From contig CATNEN010000029.1 in NCBI GenBank assembly GCA_950097015.1, positions 2,852,001 to 2,916,000 on the forward strand: a stretch of 64,000 nt of DNA, in the 5' to 3' direction. Origin of the DNA: Macrostomum hystrix. Taxonomy: Eukaryota; Animalia; Platyhelminthes. This document shows, in pieces, positions 37,301 through 50,000 of this stretch. Position numbers and translations under genes: made by a program. How positions within the stretch are numbered: the first letter of the stretch is position 1; each line of letters opens with the position of its first letter. The notes beneath the pieces were generated by a model. That model was not told where the DNA came from. It saw nothing but the letters and a program-made list of their open reading frames with translations, and did not search any database.

Positions 37301-37986
37301 TCTGTGGTCTAATCTCTCCCCTTTCTTCATGCGGCCCGCCGTCGTCTTTAAGATTCTGTCTTTAGCCCGCGGGGTATATAAGGTTGCCGACCCCTGTGTT
37401 AAAGGGATATTTTTAGAAGAAAGCCCGCTCACTCCGGCAAGCTGCACTCGCCCTCCAATGACAAATCCAGCGACAGATCAAGCCCAGGCGGTTTGATCAG
37501 CAGCTGGGTTTGATCAGTTGGCATTGGTGACCACGCCTCGTCCTGTTCGGCGTCAGACGCAACCGTCGCTGCAGATGTAGCAGCGCCGGCGTCCCCTTCC
37601 GGTCGGAAGGGCACGGAGCCGACCGACGGCTCGGTGACGCCGCCCGGCCTACTGGTGTACATGCGCTGCATCGACTGCGGATGCAGCGCCAGAACTTCGC
37701 GCTCCTCAAATCCGGCCAGACGACCGGTGCGCAGATCGCGTCGAATGAACAGTTCGGCCCCGCCTGGCCCCGGCGCCGGCTGGCAGAGCAGCAGAGCCGG
37801 GCCAGACGACAAGGCCGGGCCGGAAGCGGCCGTGGAATAGTCGCGCCATTCAAAAGCCAGATGGGCAGCCGGACTGTCGCACTCGTACAGGCTGGGCAGC
37901 CAGCGAAACGGCGAATCCAATAGGCGGGCTGCATCGGCGAGGTGGCGCAATTTGACGGCCTCGAGGGCGTCTGACGATTCGGACAT
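28321..37986 (-). CDS. SKIV2L: SKI2 (SKIV2L) DExH RNA helicase, ~1310 aa
   Basis: Exons 37448-37986, 35949-36204, 34770-35099, 33536-34161, 33034-33280, 31155-31693, 30272-30764, 29914-30090, 28904-29385, 28321-28564 are phase-consistent; the first junction and the exact start are less certain. Motifs: [75 protein letters not shown]. The N-terminal exon resembles Ski2 rather than Mtr4. Confidence 0.95.
28651..28886 (+). mobile_element. tRNA-derived SINE, family A, with (ATT)n tail and TSD
   Basis: A-box TGGCAGAGTGG and B-box-like GCTCGATTC. 13-bp TSD TAAGCTC(T/A)GTACT with one mismatch at 28637-28649 and 28887-28899. Confidence 0.8.
29410..29838. repeat. Intronic minisatellite, 32-34-bp unit AGCAGATATGTACATTTGAATTGGGG(T)TGGG(G)TT
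   Basis: About 13 copies in SKI2 intron 29386-29913. Confidence 0.96.
30150..30215 (-). mobile_element. tRNA-like SINE head (related head at ~34605-34675, +)
   Basis: Minus strand reads AGGCCAGTGGTTATAAAGCTTCGGACTTCTGACCGAGAGGTCGGGAGTTCGAATCTC, with A and B boxes but a degenerate cloverleaf. Confidence 0.55.
30848..31115. repeat. Intronic minisatellite, 24-bp unit GCTGCGATTCTAGTTGTACCTCTT
   Basis: About 11 copies in SKI2 intron 30765-31154. Confidence 0.95.
31770..32140 (+). mobile_element. Copy of a dispersed TTAA-flanked element family (single arm)
   Basis: Starts TTAA|CAATAGTACTA; similar to 57934-58270 (+) and 43720-44089 (-). Confidence 0.75.
32322..32764. repeat. Intronic minisatellite, 23-bp unit GACAGCTGATAGATTACATAGGT, ~19 copies
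   Basis: Tandem array, plus a detached ~2-unit copy at ~32983-33024 beside the splice donor. Confidence 0.97.
33316..33490. repeat. Intronic minisatellite, 28-bp unit TAGATCGGCCCTCAAATACTAGCGTATC, ~6 copies
   Basis: Fills most of SKI2 intron 33281-33535. Confidence 0.92.
34218..34560 (+). mobile_element. tRNA-derived SINE, family A, longer copy
   Basis: Same head as 28651 (GGGGGGTCGGTGGCAGAGCGG..GTTCGATTC). 12-bp TSD TATAGGGCCGCT at 34203-34214 and 34561-34572. Confidence 0.8.
35150..35458 (-). mobile_element. tRNA-derived SINE, family B, with CORE-like central domain
   Basis: tRNA-like head, central TTGTGTCCTTTAGCAAGGCACTTAACTCTGCATTGCTTCAGTTCACCCAGCTGTTAAAT, AT-rich tail. Other copies or fragments at ~45745-46010 (+), ~35660-35810 (-) and ~58858-58985 (+). 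Confidence 0.75.
36858..37396. mobile_element. hAT (Charlie-type) MITE containing a CT-rich minisatellite
   Basis: Perfect 16-bp TIRs CAGGGGTCGGCAACCT / AGGTTGCCGACCCCTG, 8-bp TSD TGTTAAAG at 36850-36857 and 37397-37404, internal TCTCCCCTGTCT(C/T)ATC array at ~36940-37255. Confidence 0.92.
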
Positions 37987-38639
37987 TGGCCGACTGGCTG
38001 GCGAATTGAATAGTGGAACCCTTCAGTTGATTGTTTACTTATTATGAAACTGCTCACCCAAACATACGAATGTGGATAATTCCTCTAATATGAACATTGC
38101 GTATGGAGTCACTATCAATCACTAACAGGTACATTGCTTATCGAGAAAAATTATAGAAAAAAGTAAATAAAACATAGTAGAACGTTTTGGCTTAATTATA
38201 TACATAAACAAAATGTATATAAAAACGCGATGGATCATGTGACTATTTCAAATGAGCTAAATTATATTTTGTACACAAACATGCAGCGTAGAAATAATGC
38301 AGAACCTTTTCTAAAGGCTTGTTAAAACATGTTTTAAGATGGCAAAATTAAAATGCACACAGATAGAAGCAGCAATAGCAGCTTGAGTAGAGCTTGAGCA
38401 AAACATTTTTTTATAACTGCTTTAAATTAACCTAAATTAACTGCTTTACCAACACTTGCTCGCTAAATGCTTCTCAGAGTCCTCAATATAGATAAATGTG
38501 CTTAATTAAATCAGACAAGGTAAGCACAGTTGAGAGTTAAGAATAACAATATTTAGGGTCAGACACTAAATAAAAAACTATACTTTATACTCAAGGTGCA
38601 AACTACATTACATTTTTTATTAAGAATAATTTTTTTCTG

Positions 38640-39600
38640 CAGATTTTCAGTTAGGGTTCCACTCATGCAGATTAACAGTTGGGGTTCCCATCCTGCAGAT
38701 TGTCAGTTGGGGTTCCCATCCTGCAGATTAACAGTTGGGGTTCCATTCCTGCAGATTACCAGTTGGGGTTCCACTCCTGCAGATTATCAGTTGGGGTTCC
38801 CATCCTGCAGATTGTCACTTGGGGTTCCCATCCTGCAGATTATCAGTTGGGGTTCCCATCCTGCAGATTAACAGTTGGGGTTCCACTCCTGCAGATTATC
38901 AAGTTGGGGTTCCATTCCTGCAGATTATCAGTTGGGGTTCCCATCCTGCAGATTGTCAGTTGGGGTTCCCATCCTGCAGATTATCAGTTGGGGTTCCCAT
39001 CCTGCAGATTATCAGTTGGGGTTCCCATCCTGCAGATTATCAGTTGGGGCTCCCATCCTGCAGATTAACAGTTGGGGTTCCATTCCTGCAGATTACCAGT
39101 TGGGGTTCCACTCCTGCAGATTATCAGTTGGGGTTCCCATCCTGCAGATTGTCAGTTGGGGTTCCCATCCTGCAGATTATCAGTTGGGGTTCCCATCCTG
39201 CATATTATCAGTTGGGGTTCCCATCCTGCAGATTATCAGTTGGGGCTCCCATCCTGCAGATTAACAGTTGGGGTTCCACTCCTGCAGATTATCAGTTGGG
39301 GTTCCCATCCTGCAGATTATCAGTTAGGGTTCCACTCCTGCAGATTATCAGTTAGGGTTCCCATCCTGCAGATTAACAGTTGGGGTTCCCATCCTGCAGA
39401 TTATCAGTTGGGGTTCCACTCATGCAGATTAACAGTTGGGGTTTCCATCCCGCAGATTATCAGTTGGGGTTTCCATCCTACAGATTGTCAGTTGGGGCTC
39501 CCATCCTGCAGATTATCAGTTGGGGTTCCCATCCTGCATATTATCAGTTGGGGTTCCCATCCTACAGATTGTCAGTTGGGGTTCCCACCCTATGGATTCT
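38640..39600. repeat. Minisatellite, 28-bp unit CAGTTGGGGTTCCCATCCTGCAGATTAT, ~34 copies
   Basis: Tandem array between the SPC24-like stop and the SKI2 start. Confidence 0.97.
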
Positions 39601-39731
39601 CAGTAGGGATTTCGATTCTGTCGATTCTCAGGTAGATCCCATTCTGCAGATCTAAATAGTTGTCAGTCATCATATCAGATCCTGAAGTGTTTGACATTTC
39701 AGTGAGAAATATTACAGAATGTTAACTTGAT

Positions 39732-40373
39732 TTAGTCAATGTTAGCCCAGCCGCTGCGAGACCGCATCAGACCCCAAAGGGCTTCCCTAGCGTCTTTACT
39801 GCCGCCAGGTTTTTCCCGGCTATTGCCAACAGCGTTAAGGTTGAATGGGACATCTTCGGCGCTAGACAGACCTAGAAGGCGACCGCACCATCGCTGTTTA
39901 TCGACAGCGCCATCATCGGCGACATCGTCGAACCGAACGCCGGTCGTGGCTTCGAGCAGGCGTAGTTTTCGCGTCAATTTGGCCACGCGTTGGCGCCGTT
40001 CGGCGCGTCGCCGGTCCAGCTCAGACTGGGCAGCTTCGACGCCAGCTTGCTCGTCGACCGCCTTGGCCTTCAGCTGTTCAACAGCAGAGCGAAGGTCGCG
40101 CGACGTTGCCTCGGCTGCCCAGCATTGGCGAAGCTCGGCAGAGCGGCGCTCCTCCAGCGACTGGCCAGTGGCGGCTTGCAGGGCAGCGACATCGCCCAAG
40201 ACTCCCAGGTCTTCCGCTAGGCGCCTGCGTTGTCGCTCAAACGATTCGCTAGAGTGTTGAAACGACCGAGTGGCTGCGGAAGCTGCTAGCTGACGCTGCT
40301 GCATCTGATGAAGCAGCGGCTCTATGGAGGCTATGAACTCCTCGGCGTTTTTCACTTCTTCGACTTCTTGCAT
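39732..40373 (-). CDS. Coiled-coil protein with Spc24-like C-terminal domain (NDC80 kinetochore complex subunit candidate)
   Basis: About 213 aa: long heptad-rich N-terminus, then LLEATTGVRFD..GRLLG..PFNLN..REALWGLM, resembling the Spc24 pattern LYxxIxxIxWD..G..PIxLD..DYLWxLV. The ATG follows a TTGCAG acceptor. Confidence 0.55.
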   Translation of the reverse strand: MQEVEEVKNAEEFIASIEPLLHQMQQRQLAASAATRSFQHSSESFERQRRRLAEDLGVLGDVAALQAATGQSLEERRSAELRQCWAAEATSRDLRSAVEQLKAKAVDEQAGVEAAQSELDRRRAERRQRVAKLTRKLRLLEATTGVRFDDVADDGAVDKQRWCGRLLGLSSAEDVPFNLNAVGNSREKPGGSKDAREALWGLMRSRSGWANID

Positions 40374-42904
40374 CTGCAAGCAGGATTATAGCGAACTTGT
40401 AATCAATGTTTTATTTCCATACTTACAAGTTGTTATCCACAGATACAACAGCGCCATAATTCATGTTGCATATGATTCAAGCATTAAAACTATATAGAGT
40501 CTATAGTGTAAAATGCCACACAACATATACAACATGAGTGGGCAAGATCAATTGAGTGGTAATAACTAAATAATAATCCTAATCCATAACTAAAAGATCT
40601 TCTTCTTTAGACTATTGTTTCATCCCAAATCCAACACTGAGTCTTTAAAAAGTTGCAGGAATAAAATAACTGTTTTGAGTTTTATTCATAATGATTTAAT
40701 GAGACACTTTTTGTTGAATAACTAGCTATAATATATAGCTATAATTTGAGACAGATGGCCAAGCACTTTGAACTTTAGCTGATTGCTAGATCTGCCTGTT
40801 TAGCTTTGTTAGACTATTAAATACATCGAACTTAATAAAGAAACTGAGTTTTACAGTAAAAATCTCTTGAGGTAGGAAAAAATAGTTCAAAATGAATTAA
40901 CATCTCCTACTAAATAGTTCAACAGGCCAGTTAAACTGGTATAAAGTATGAAAATGTAGATTTGCTTTTGCCAGGTATTTATTTTCTAGGCCATAGGAAA
41001 TATTTCTGGTTTTAAAACAGAGAGTATGCTTAACTATACATATACATACCTGAAAGACACAGTCCAAGATAGGATAATAGCTAATAACCAAATACAAAAA
41101 ACAATGGGAATAACAAATGAAAAATGGCTAGCATCTATCAAAACTTTTACATTTAAGCTTCTGCCAAAAACTTTATTTTGAAAAAGAAGAAACAGTAAGA
41201 ATTATTTGAAATTTTCAACATTTATAAGTCTTTCTTTAGGTTCGTAATTGGTAAACATACAAAAGGAGGTTAATTTTATAAATTGTGATTAACTATAGCT
41301 ATAATCAATTTGCTATTTGGCAAGTCCAACAGCTAAGTATACTAAACAAAATATTAATAATTTGCAATGATTTGCTTGGCTTAGTTTGTGTAGGCAACAT
41401 TGATTATACATTTTTACTATTATAATAGCACAATAGATTCAAATGCTACACTGAAGGGTCACTTAAAAGTTTTTTTACTCTTTGACTTTGTTGCAGCAGT
41501 GGCAATTGGCAAACTGTCTATTTATATTTAACTTGTTTGTATTTACCACTGAGACGTCACTATTTCCAATAATATATTTTCCTAACATGTGTTTTTGTTT
41601 CAATTAAGTTGGATTAGGTAGGTTTTTACACCTTCAAAGGAGTGACCACCAAAGTTGGCAAAATTCTGCCTCACTGAAGCTACACTATAAACCCTAATGG
41701 AAGACCGATTTTATTTTGTGCATGTGAAATAGAAAAATGGAAAAATAGTAAACAAGCCGTTTGCGCACGATTGGCACTATTGACTTGTGCACTGCAGACT
41801 GCAGAGATTGTTGAACAAGGCGCAACGTTCTGCGCGGAAATGGCTAAAACTAGCTGATTTCATCGCAAGAAATTAAAAAAATATTTTATTTTGCATGCCT
41901 ATATTGTTAACTAAGAAAAGCATGCTCTGCTAAGATGTTTGAACTTAATTAATATTTTGTTTTCTCACTTCTATTGCTTATAAAAACAATATTAATTTCC
42001 TGGAAATGTCCCTTTTTGAGTTCAAGTTGAAAAAAGACATAAAAGAGCTTGAGTGGAAGTTTTAATTTAAAAGCAAATATACTTAAAAGTAGTCTTCTTA
42101 TTTATGAACAATAAATAGTGTTGATTACTTTTTAAGGGTAAATTGCAAACACTTTTTTCGTTTTACTTTTTTTGTTTTTATTTGAAATGCTAACATTAGG
42201 CCTTTTCTTCCTTACCTGTTGTCGAGAGCTTCAGCGCAAATTTTACTATATACGTTGTTTTCAGTTAATTATATTTTAGTGTTCACTTTTTATAAAAACT
42301 TTTTTTTATTTTGTTTCCTTGGGGTTTACTCGGCATAATAAAGTAAGTATTATATCCAAGCTGTTATGTGCATAGCAGATAATTCGCTTACGCCAAACAC
42401 TACTTTTAGTACTTTCTTTATAAATAAAAATCTGATCTGTAGTGCTGTATAAACCGTAATGGAACACCCATTCTATTTTGTGCATGTGAAATAGTAAAAT
42501 AGTAAAATGTAAAAATGTTTTTCCAAATTTTCGATGCATATTAAGTTCTGAACTACCAAAATAGCTTCTTAAACTTTAATCTAATTATTGTTTCTTGTTT
42601 TATAAGTTTCATAAATCTGTGTCCATAGATCTTTAAAGGATGCTAGCCTAAGTAAAAAATCATTTTTTGTACCACTTACAACCACTTTCTATAAAATGGC
42701 TTGCCAATCACAGGATGAAAACACTTAGTAGGGGGAGCATTGCATGGGCATGACTCATGAGTAATTAGGCCTATGGAGTTTAGAAGCATTTTTAGTTGTC
42801 AGGTAGGCCTAATGTATTTGTGTGGAAATAGTGAATGAATAGGAATGAACTTTATTTGGCCTAGAGTCAAGGAGACCTGCTCAAGATTACTTTTACGTAT
42901 TTAA

Positions 42905-44089
42905 CAGTAGGACTACCAAGCCATTTTGCCGGCCATTTTTATACCAAGAGGGGGAATTCCCCCTGAAAATGTTTTTGCCAGTGCCTGAATGCTTTGGGGG
43001 TGACTGATTGGTTGACAGACTAGTCAAGGGTGTCCTGTGGTTAAGCTGCACCTAATAGTTAGGCTTGAGCAGTGAAATTAGAGAAATTCTAGTCAGGCTG
43101 TCCATAGTCGCCTAGTTCCACCTGTTGTAGGCCCCTAGCTCTTGAAGGTCTAGATAGATGGGTACAGATCAAATCGTCATAGGCCTATTCTAAAATGTCA
43201 TATGATGATGATGATTTGCACAAAAGTGTTGCAATATTTATTTAATATGATAATCTTGACTATTTTTTCATTGCTTATTTTATTTATGAATGCAATTTGA
43301 ATATTTAATGATGCATAATTCAAACAGTTAATTGATTTAAAAGCAGTTAAAAGAAAATGCAGATAAAAAGCATAGATAAAAGTGTTAGGTAGGCACAATG
43401 AACAGACAAATGCAATATGCAAATATTGCAAATCATGACGATGCAATAGAAGGGCACGTTTGAGTTACATGTACATAGCTACATGCTGAACAAAATTCAG
43501 TGCACATGTTAGTGTTATTTTTGTAGAGCCAAGTGAGACTAGGCCAAAAATGTATGCTTTGCTTCGCTTATGCTTTCAACAAAGCTGTTTGTGGAGCCAA
43601 TAAAATAGCAATATGACAACTTTGTGAATGTCACATTGTCCAATGCGGACAATATGACAATTTAGATAATGTTGTTATTTTTTTACAACCCACATATGAC
43701 TATTTAGAATATGTTGATTTCGGCTGGAGCCTAGATAGATAAAAGAGATAGATCTAGATAAAGGTTGGTGACCGCCGTAGTCTGAGATGATGCAAGCACA
43801 TTTGGGTGATATGCTGATAAAGTTTGAAGGTCTGGAAAGGCCACACTGAGGCACAGTGCAAATTCATGTATATGGGTGTATGAAATACACTAGCTCTTAT
43901 GGGAAAAATCGAACCTTCGGCCAGAAACATTGAATGTCTTGACGGTCTGAAGAGCTGGCAACTTGTTTCTTGTTTCAGAAGATGTGCAACAAAAAGTTGG
44001 CCTGTGTTCTTGAGTTTTGTGTGCTTGCATTGTTCTGTTCGGGTGCAGCAAAAAATGTCAGCTATATAAAAACATTGGTAGTTCTACTG
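42905..44089. mobile_element. Non-autonomous DNA element with TTAA TSD and inverted termini CAGTAG(G/A)ACTACCAA
   Basis: TTAA at 42901-42904 and 44090-44093; 15-bp inverted ends with one mismatch; both arms resemble the 31770 and 57934 copies. Confidence 0.75.
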
Positions 44090-47049
44090 TTAAGGATAGG
44101 CCTGAGGGTTTTTTGTGTAGGCCCTACCCTAAAATATCAATCAGGCACCATATTGTTCAATGGTGCTAGTCACTTTGTTAACTGCCATATTGTCAAATGA
44201 TCATAAATTGGACTCATCTATTTATTTGCTCACTTTGTCAACTAGCCAGTCCATCGCCATCTCAAGCTTTGGTCAGTTTGTCAACTAGCCAATTATGATG
44301 TAGTAACTATATATAGGCCTATTGTATATACTGCTGTACATAATATACTCTATACTTAGTCTCCAGGCATAAGGCACAAAATCAATATTAAATATTTCTT
44401 AACAATGCTCTGGCTCTGGCCTCTAGTACCATGTCTAAATGGCCATAGACATCTAGCAGCCTACTCTGCTAGAGACAATTGCTAGGCAGTGATCAAATTC
44501 AGTAGAGTGACATAAAATAAATAAACTTTCTGAGTAATAAGATCTTAGCATCATAAGCATATGGAGGTGAACATAAAATAGTGAAGTCATTCAAACCCAC
44601 CAGCTTAGGCCTAGTAAGCCAACAGGGGGTGCTATACCCCCTAAATTCTAAATAGGCAGACAAGGGGTTGAGTATAGATGCCATTGCACTCATAAACCAT
44701 GTGGAGTCTGGCTGCCATTGGCTACACAACTATTTTTACATAACCTAATATATTTATTATATTTATTTATTATAACATAATAAATGGCAGCCTAAAGAAT
44801 TAAGTAAAAATGTTCACTTTGCAATTGAGAAATTTTGACTTATATTAAAATATATTAAGCTACACCCTGTAAAAATGAAGGCTAGAATTTATTGTTTTTT
44901 TAGTAAATGCTTTGCCAGTTGCAAATGTGAAATGTATGTGTCAACATACAAAAATAGACTATTTTTATTGATAAATGTCATTTAGGCATTGACAAAACGA
45001 AGGTAAAACTTGTAAGGTTAAATATATCAAATCTTAAGACTGCTCCTGAAATAAATAGCAGTATTGCTTGTAACTTGTTAGTAAAGTTAGATTGTCTCCT
45101 TGACTTCACTAACTTTTGACCTGTAATTTAAAAGGAAATAAGTCATTATTTCAAGACCTCAAATTATGCCTGTGGAAACCTTTCCATTCTGAACAAGACA
45201 AGCACTCCAATTGAGATTGTAGATTGTTCCTGTTCAGTCCTTTGTAGATAAGCTCTTTTCTAGTTACAATAGTTAGATGGACTAACATTATATCTACTCC
45301 AAGGGAGTTCCTGACTGCCTGTAGATGCGTTCTTATGAATAATCTTATCCAAGATTAATCCTAAGAAAGATACCCTTTCTATAATCAAGAGGGAGTATGC
45401 AGTATTTGAGATGCAGTATTTTTGCTTTCTAAAAATGTCACTTGGCCACTAGCATGCTTACCAGCTGTCCAGTTTAGTTCCTACACCCTTGTCGATCTTT
45501 GACTAAAGATCAGATTTAACAGATTGTATAATTTGTTCATTTTCAGACATTGTTTCATGTCAAGCATGCATTTCTACTTGTTAGTAATGTATTTTGTATT
45601 TGTACGTTTTTGTGTTTTTGGAAGTTTAATGCGACTTTTTTAATGAAGTTTTGGGTGTGTTTTTAAAGGCTATCATGCATTTATGCAAATACTCGTATAT
45701 CTCACCAGAAATTTTCTGTTTTCACAACCCCATCAGTATCTCTAATCAGGGTATCTCTGATCCCGACTCCACTGTAACAATTTGTGTCCTTCAGCTAGAC
45801 ACTTTGCATTGCTTCAGTTCACCCAGCTGTTAAATGGGTGCCAGCATCAGCTGGGGTAATTGAGGGTAGGTGGGCGTCCCCCAGTCCATGGACTGAACAG
45901 CCGAACGCAGCCCTTCAGACGCACCGCGCAATTGCTGCGGCTGTGCTGTCAGCTGCACATCTGACCCAATCGGGGCAGGTGTAATTTGTTGTTACTATTG
46001 TTATTCGTATTTGTAGTTACTAACTCCTAGTAAAATTTCTAACGAAAAACTTCGCGTTTATTGCGATATATCTTCCGCATTTCTTTTTGGCACCTAGCCA
46101 GCATTTAAAGTCTTCAGGTAGTCTTTCAAATGTTCATTCATCCTTCAATTTATCCAGCACCGCTCAACGTGTATTGTAATTGCTTAGCAACGTAAAAACA
46201 ACGTAATTGCTTATGGCCAGATACTCGCTGAAAACATTCAAAGCTAACGTTAAAATTCAAACTTTCTTATTTGACAAGCATTGACTGCGACACTTAACTG
46301 CGTCATCAGTCAAAAACCCGCACGCTCACTGCGGCGAAATCGTATTCTTTTTGCTCCGCTTGGCATAGCTCATCATTGACGTCTTCCTTCTTGCGCTAGT
46401 GTGTTTTTATGCTGTTACTTTCCTTCTTGATTATGCTAATCTTGTGTGCGCGCATGTGTTCCAGCTTTCTGACCGCATTGACCTGCTCTACCTGTGCGTA
46501 TCAAGTTTATTTAGTATTTTTTTAGTTTGTATATGTGGACGGATGCGAGCTAAATTACGTAAATATTTTATTTCTCTTACTATCTTTTTACTGACAAGGC
46601 TGCCTTTGTATTGTCATTTGCATCCGTTTGTAGTAGATAAAAATTTGACACGTGCAACTTTTGATTTATAACCAAAGCCGACAGAATCAAGGGAAGGACA
46701 ATGCCTGGTTTATTTGAAATAAGAGTACATTTTATGCAAGCGCATTCAGACTGACCGAGTTGTTATGCAGTGGAAACTTTTTCTAAGAAACACTGCATGC
46801 TAAATTAGGACACTGTAGCAATTAACAAAGTATAATCTTCACCTTGTACGATTAGAAGCGTCATTCGAAAATGGAAAATTGAACAATTTGTAGAATCAGT
46901 AACTTCGAGTAAGGTGCTTAAGGGGGTTTCACATCGCTGAACTTATTTCATTTAGTGCACATTCACAAGCCCCTTAAATTAATTTTTATTAATGCTCGTT
47001 GCTCCTCCAAATCTATTCAGCTGCCCTGTGCATTTCAAGGACAATTGAA

Positions 47050-50000
47050 ATGGCGCTTGTTCTGGAGTCAGAGAAAGACGCCAATTATTTAATTAACGAG
47101 ATTAACATTGGCCTCAGATCGCACGTGCCAGCCGAGCAGAGTCAGGCGCTCTTGAAATTTCCCATCCTAGTGCAGAGATATCCCTTTCCAGTGGTCATTA
47201 ACTCAATCTTCTCCAAGATTGCCGATCTATTTCGCGACGGTAGCAATTTTCAACGCTTCGCCATCTTGCACGTGTGCCAACAGTGCGCGCAACACCTGGA
47301 CAGTAGCAAGGTGCGCAACAGTGATTACATCATTAAGATTGTGCTAGGAGTTTGCCACTCCAATGATCCATCGGCGAGGGCGTTGGCTGTGCGATTGTTG
47401 GCTAGCCTGCCTGGCCTCACTGCGGACAACTGCTCCGTGCACAGCGCCGTGTGCTCCGCCCTCGACTCTCACTGGCCGGTTGAACTGGACGCAGCCATCT
47501 GGGCTACGCACCGTCTGGCTCCGCTTTCGCCGGCATTGAGTCGCGGCGCGGCCGATCGACTCCTAGCGGCTGTTGGCGATCTGCGCGTTGATCCGCGCAC
47601 TAAGCTGGCCATTTATGCCGCCTGCTGCTGCCTTGGCCGAGCCGGCGGCGAAGCCATCACCCGACTGCTCTGCTGTCTACGACGCGAGCTGGCCGCCTGT
47701 CCGGCCACCGAGGCCCAGTCGGTGCTGCTGCGGGTGCTCACCCGGCTGGCCCTGATGTTTCCGGCCAGCCTTCCCGGCATGCTTCGCCTCCACTGTCAAC
47801 GACTGCTGCCCGGCCACGGTTCCCAGGACGATAGCGAAGATGTCGACTATGCTGGAGTTGGTGAAACGCGACCCCGTCTGCGTCGCGTCCTGCTCGCTAA
47901 TCTGCTGTCTATGGCCGGACCTGCCGCGGCGCATCACTGGACGCTAGCCGAGGCGCGCATGTTGGTGCGCTTTGTTGAGGCAGCGTCGGCAACGGCAGCT
48001 GCATCAGCTAGCGCTGAAGATGCCGATGTCGTCGACGATAGTCTCCGTGTTGCTGGCGCCCTCGCTGACGGAGACACCTGCCAGCTGCTGTTAGACGCCG
48101 AGCTTCTGCCTCTGCTTCGACGTATCGTCTATTCTGACGCTTCCACTGGTCTAGGCGTCGGCGTAGCTTTATCTCTGGACGTAGCCGTTCGCGTTGCCGT
48201 TGCAACCGCGGACGCCGATCTAGCCGAAGAGCTGGCTTCGCTGCTAGCTGATCGACTGCCTCGCACGGTGGCCGCCACCTCCGAGTCCGTGCTTGACCTG
48301 TTGCTAGGCGCTTGGCACGCGTTGCTAGGCCGCTTTCCTCACCTGGGCGAAGAATTGTTTACGCCAGACCTGCTGGCGTCTCTGCTGGATGGCTCCGGCG
48401 AGGCCAACAAGCTTGGAGTGCGCGCCATCCGCTGTCTCGCCTCCCTCACTCACCGCTGTCGGCCGCCTGTTGATTGCGCCGATTGGCTGGCCAAGTGGCT
48501 GGCCATCGATCGCCTGGCCAATGCCGACCAGGTAGAAGCGGCCTGCGCCCTTTTATTCAAAGCCGACTGTTGCCGATCCGGCCGGCCATTAACTGAACAC
48601 GACGATGTGGTGTTGAACTCACTCGGTCGGTTAAGCAACTGGCAGGTGAGAATGGGCTTGGTTATTAATGCGTCTTAGGGCCAGTCCTAGATCGAGCATT
48701 CTTAAAATGGCCCGTTGGTTACTGATCTTCGTGCAGGCCTATCGCGTCGCCCGCGCCGCCTGTAAGCACGGCCGTCTCGGCCTGGCCGGACGCGTCTTCG
48801 CCCGTCTAGCCAGCTCGCAGGAGCGTCCAGCTTTCTGGCTTCGCGGCCTGGCCCTGCTCTGTCAGGCTGAGTCGGCCGGCTGCACCCTCGAAGGCGACGC
48901 CGACGACGATGGTGAAGACCCTTTTGTACGGCTAGACGCCTGGTGCATGCGACTCCGCGAAGCTCTAGCTAGTTTGGTGTCTGCGAATGGCACTGGCGGC
49001 GACGTAGGAGGGCTCTGGTTTCCTGTGGCGTTTACACGTTAGTAATTTATAGTTGATTTTATAGGCTGCCATGCTTTTCTTCTGGTCATTGATTTATCGA
49101 CTACCCTAACTTCAGGTCATTGTTTTATTGACTACCCTAACTTCAGTTCATTGTTTTCTTGACAGCCCTAACTTCAGGTCATTGTTTCTTGACAGCCCTA
49201 ACTTCAGGTCATTGTTTTCTTGACAGCCCTAACTTCAGGTCGTTGTTTTCTTGACAGCCCTAACTTCAGGTCGTTGTTTTCTTGACAGCCCTAACTTCAG
49301 GTCGTTGTTTTCTTGACAGCCCTAACTTCAGGTCATTGTTTTCTTGACAGCCCTAACTTCAGGTCCTCGATTTCTTGACAGCCCTAACTTCAGGTCATTG
49401 TTTTCTTGACAGCCCTAACTTCAGGTCATTGTTTTCTTGACAGCCCTAGTTTCTTTTGATTCATAACATCCCGCTCCAGCATCTTTCCAAATTTGCCGCT
49501 CTTCAGCCTTAAATTTAGTTTCATGATTGATTCAGTTAGCCGCAGTTGACGCATCGAACAGCCCTTATTGAGTTCATCTTAGATTTTACTTCATATTTTC
49601 ATTATAGCCTCTCCCTCGACCTCTTGCATACTTAACAAGGTCGCCGTTTGAATTTTGTCGCCGCCTGCCAGTCTTTCGCCACCCTGGCCTACCAGCTGCA
49701 GCCTGGCCGTCTAGGCCGGGTTCAACTGACCGTCGCCGCTGCCGAAGAGGCCGACGTTGAAGCCGCGGCCGCTAGGCGCCTTCGGTCGGCCTGCGTTGAC
49801 GCCGATCCGGGCAGTCTAGCGCAGGTCGACTGCCTGGCCTGGCAGATGGCCGCCCTGTCCGCATTGATGCGCGCGCTGGCTTCGTCCAACGACGAGGCGG
49901 CTACTGCTCAGCCACCGCCGTTGATTTTGTCCACACCGTCTGTGTCACCTGAGGCCGATGACGATCTGATGGATGGCGTCGAAGATGCGGACTTGGATGA

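Noticed and set aside
37446-37452. Possible third GC donor (G|GCGAGT) after the SKI2 N-terminal exon
   Set aside because: A canonical GT-AG solution (intron 36205-37447) keeps the frame, so the GC donor is not required.
38596-39655. Multiple overlapping ORFs of 91-206 aa
   Set aside because: Translation artefacts of the 28-bp minisatellite.
44500-45500. Faint LINE RT-like peptide traces on the minus strand
   Set aside because: Too degenerate, and the pieces are not in the expected order.
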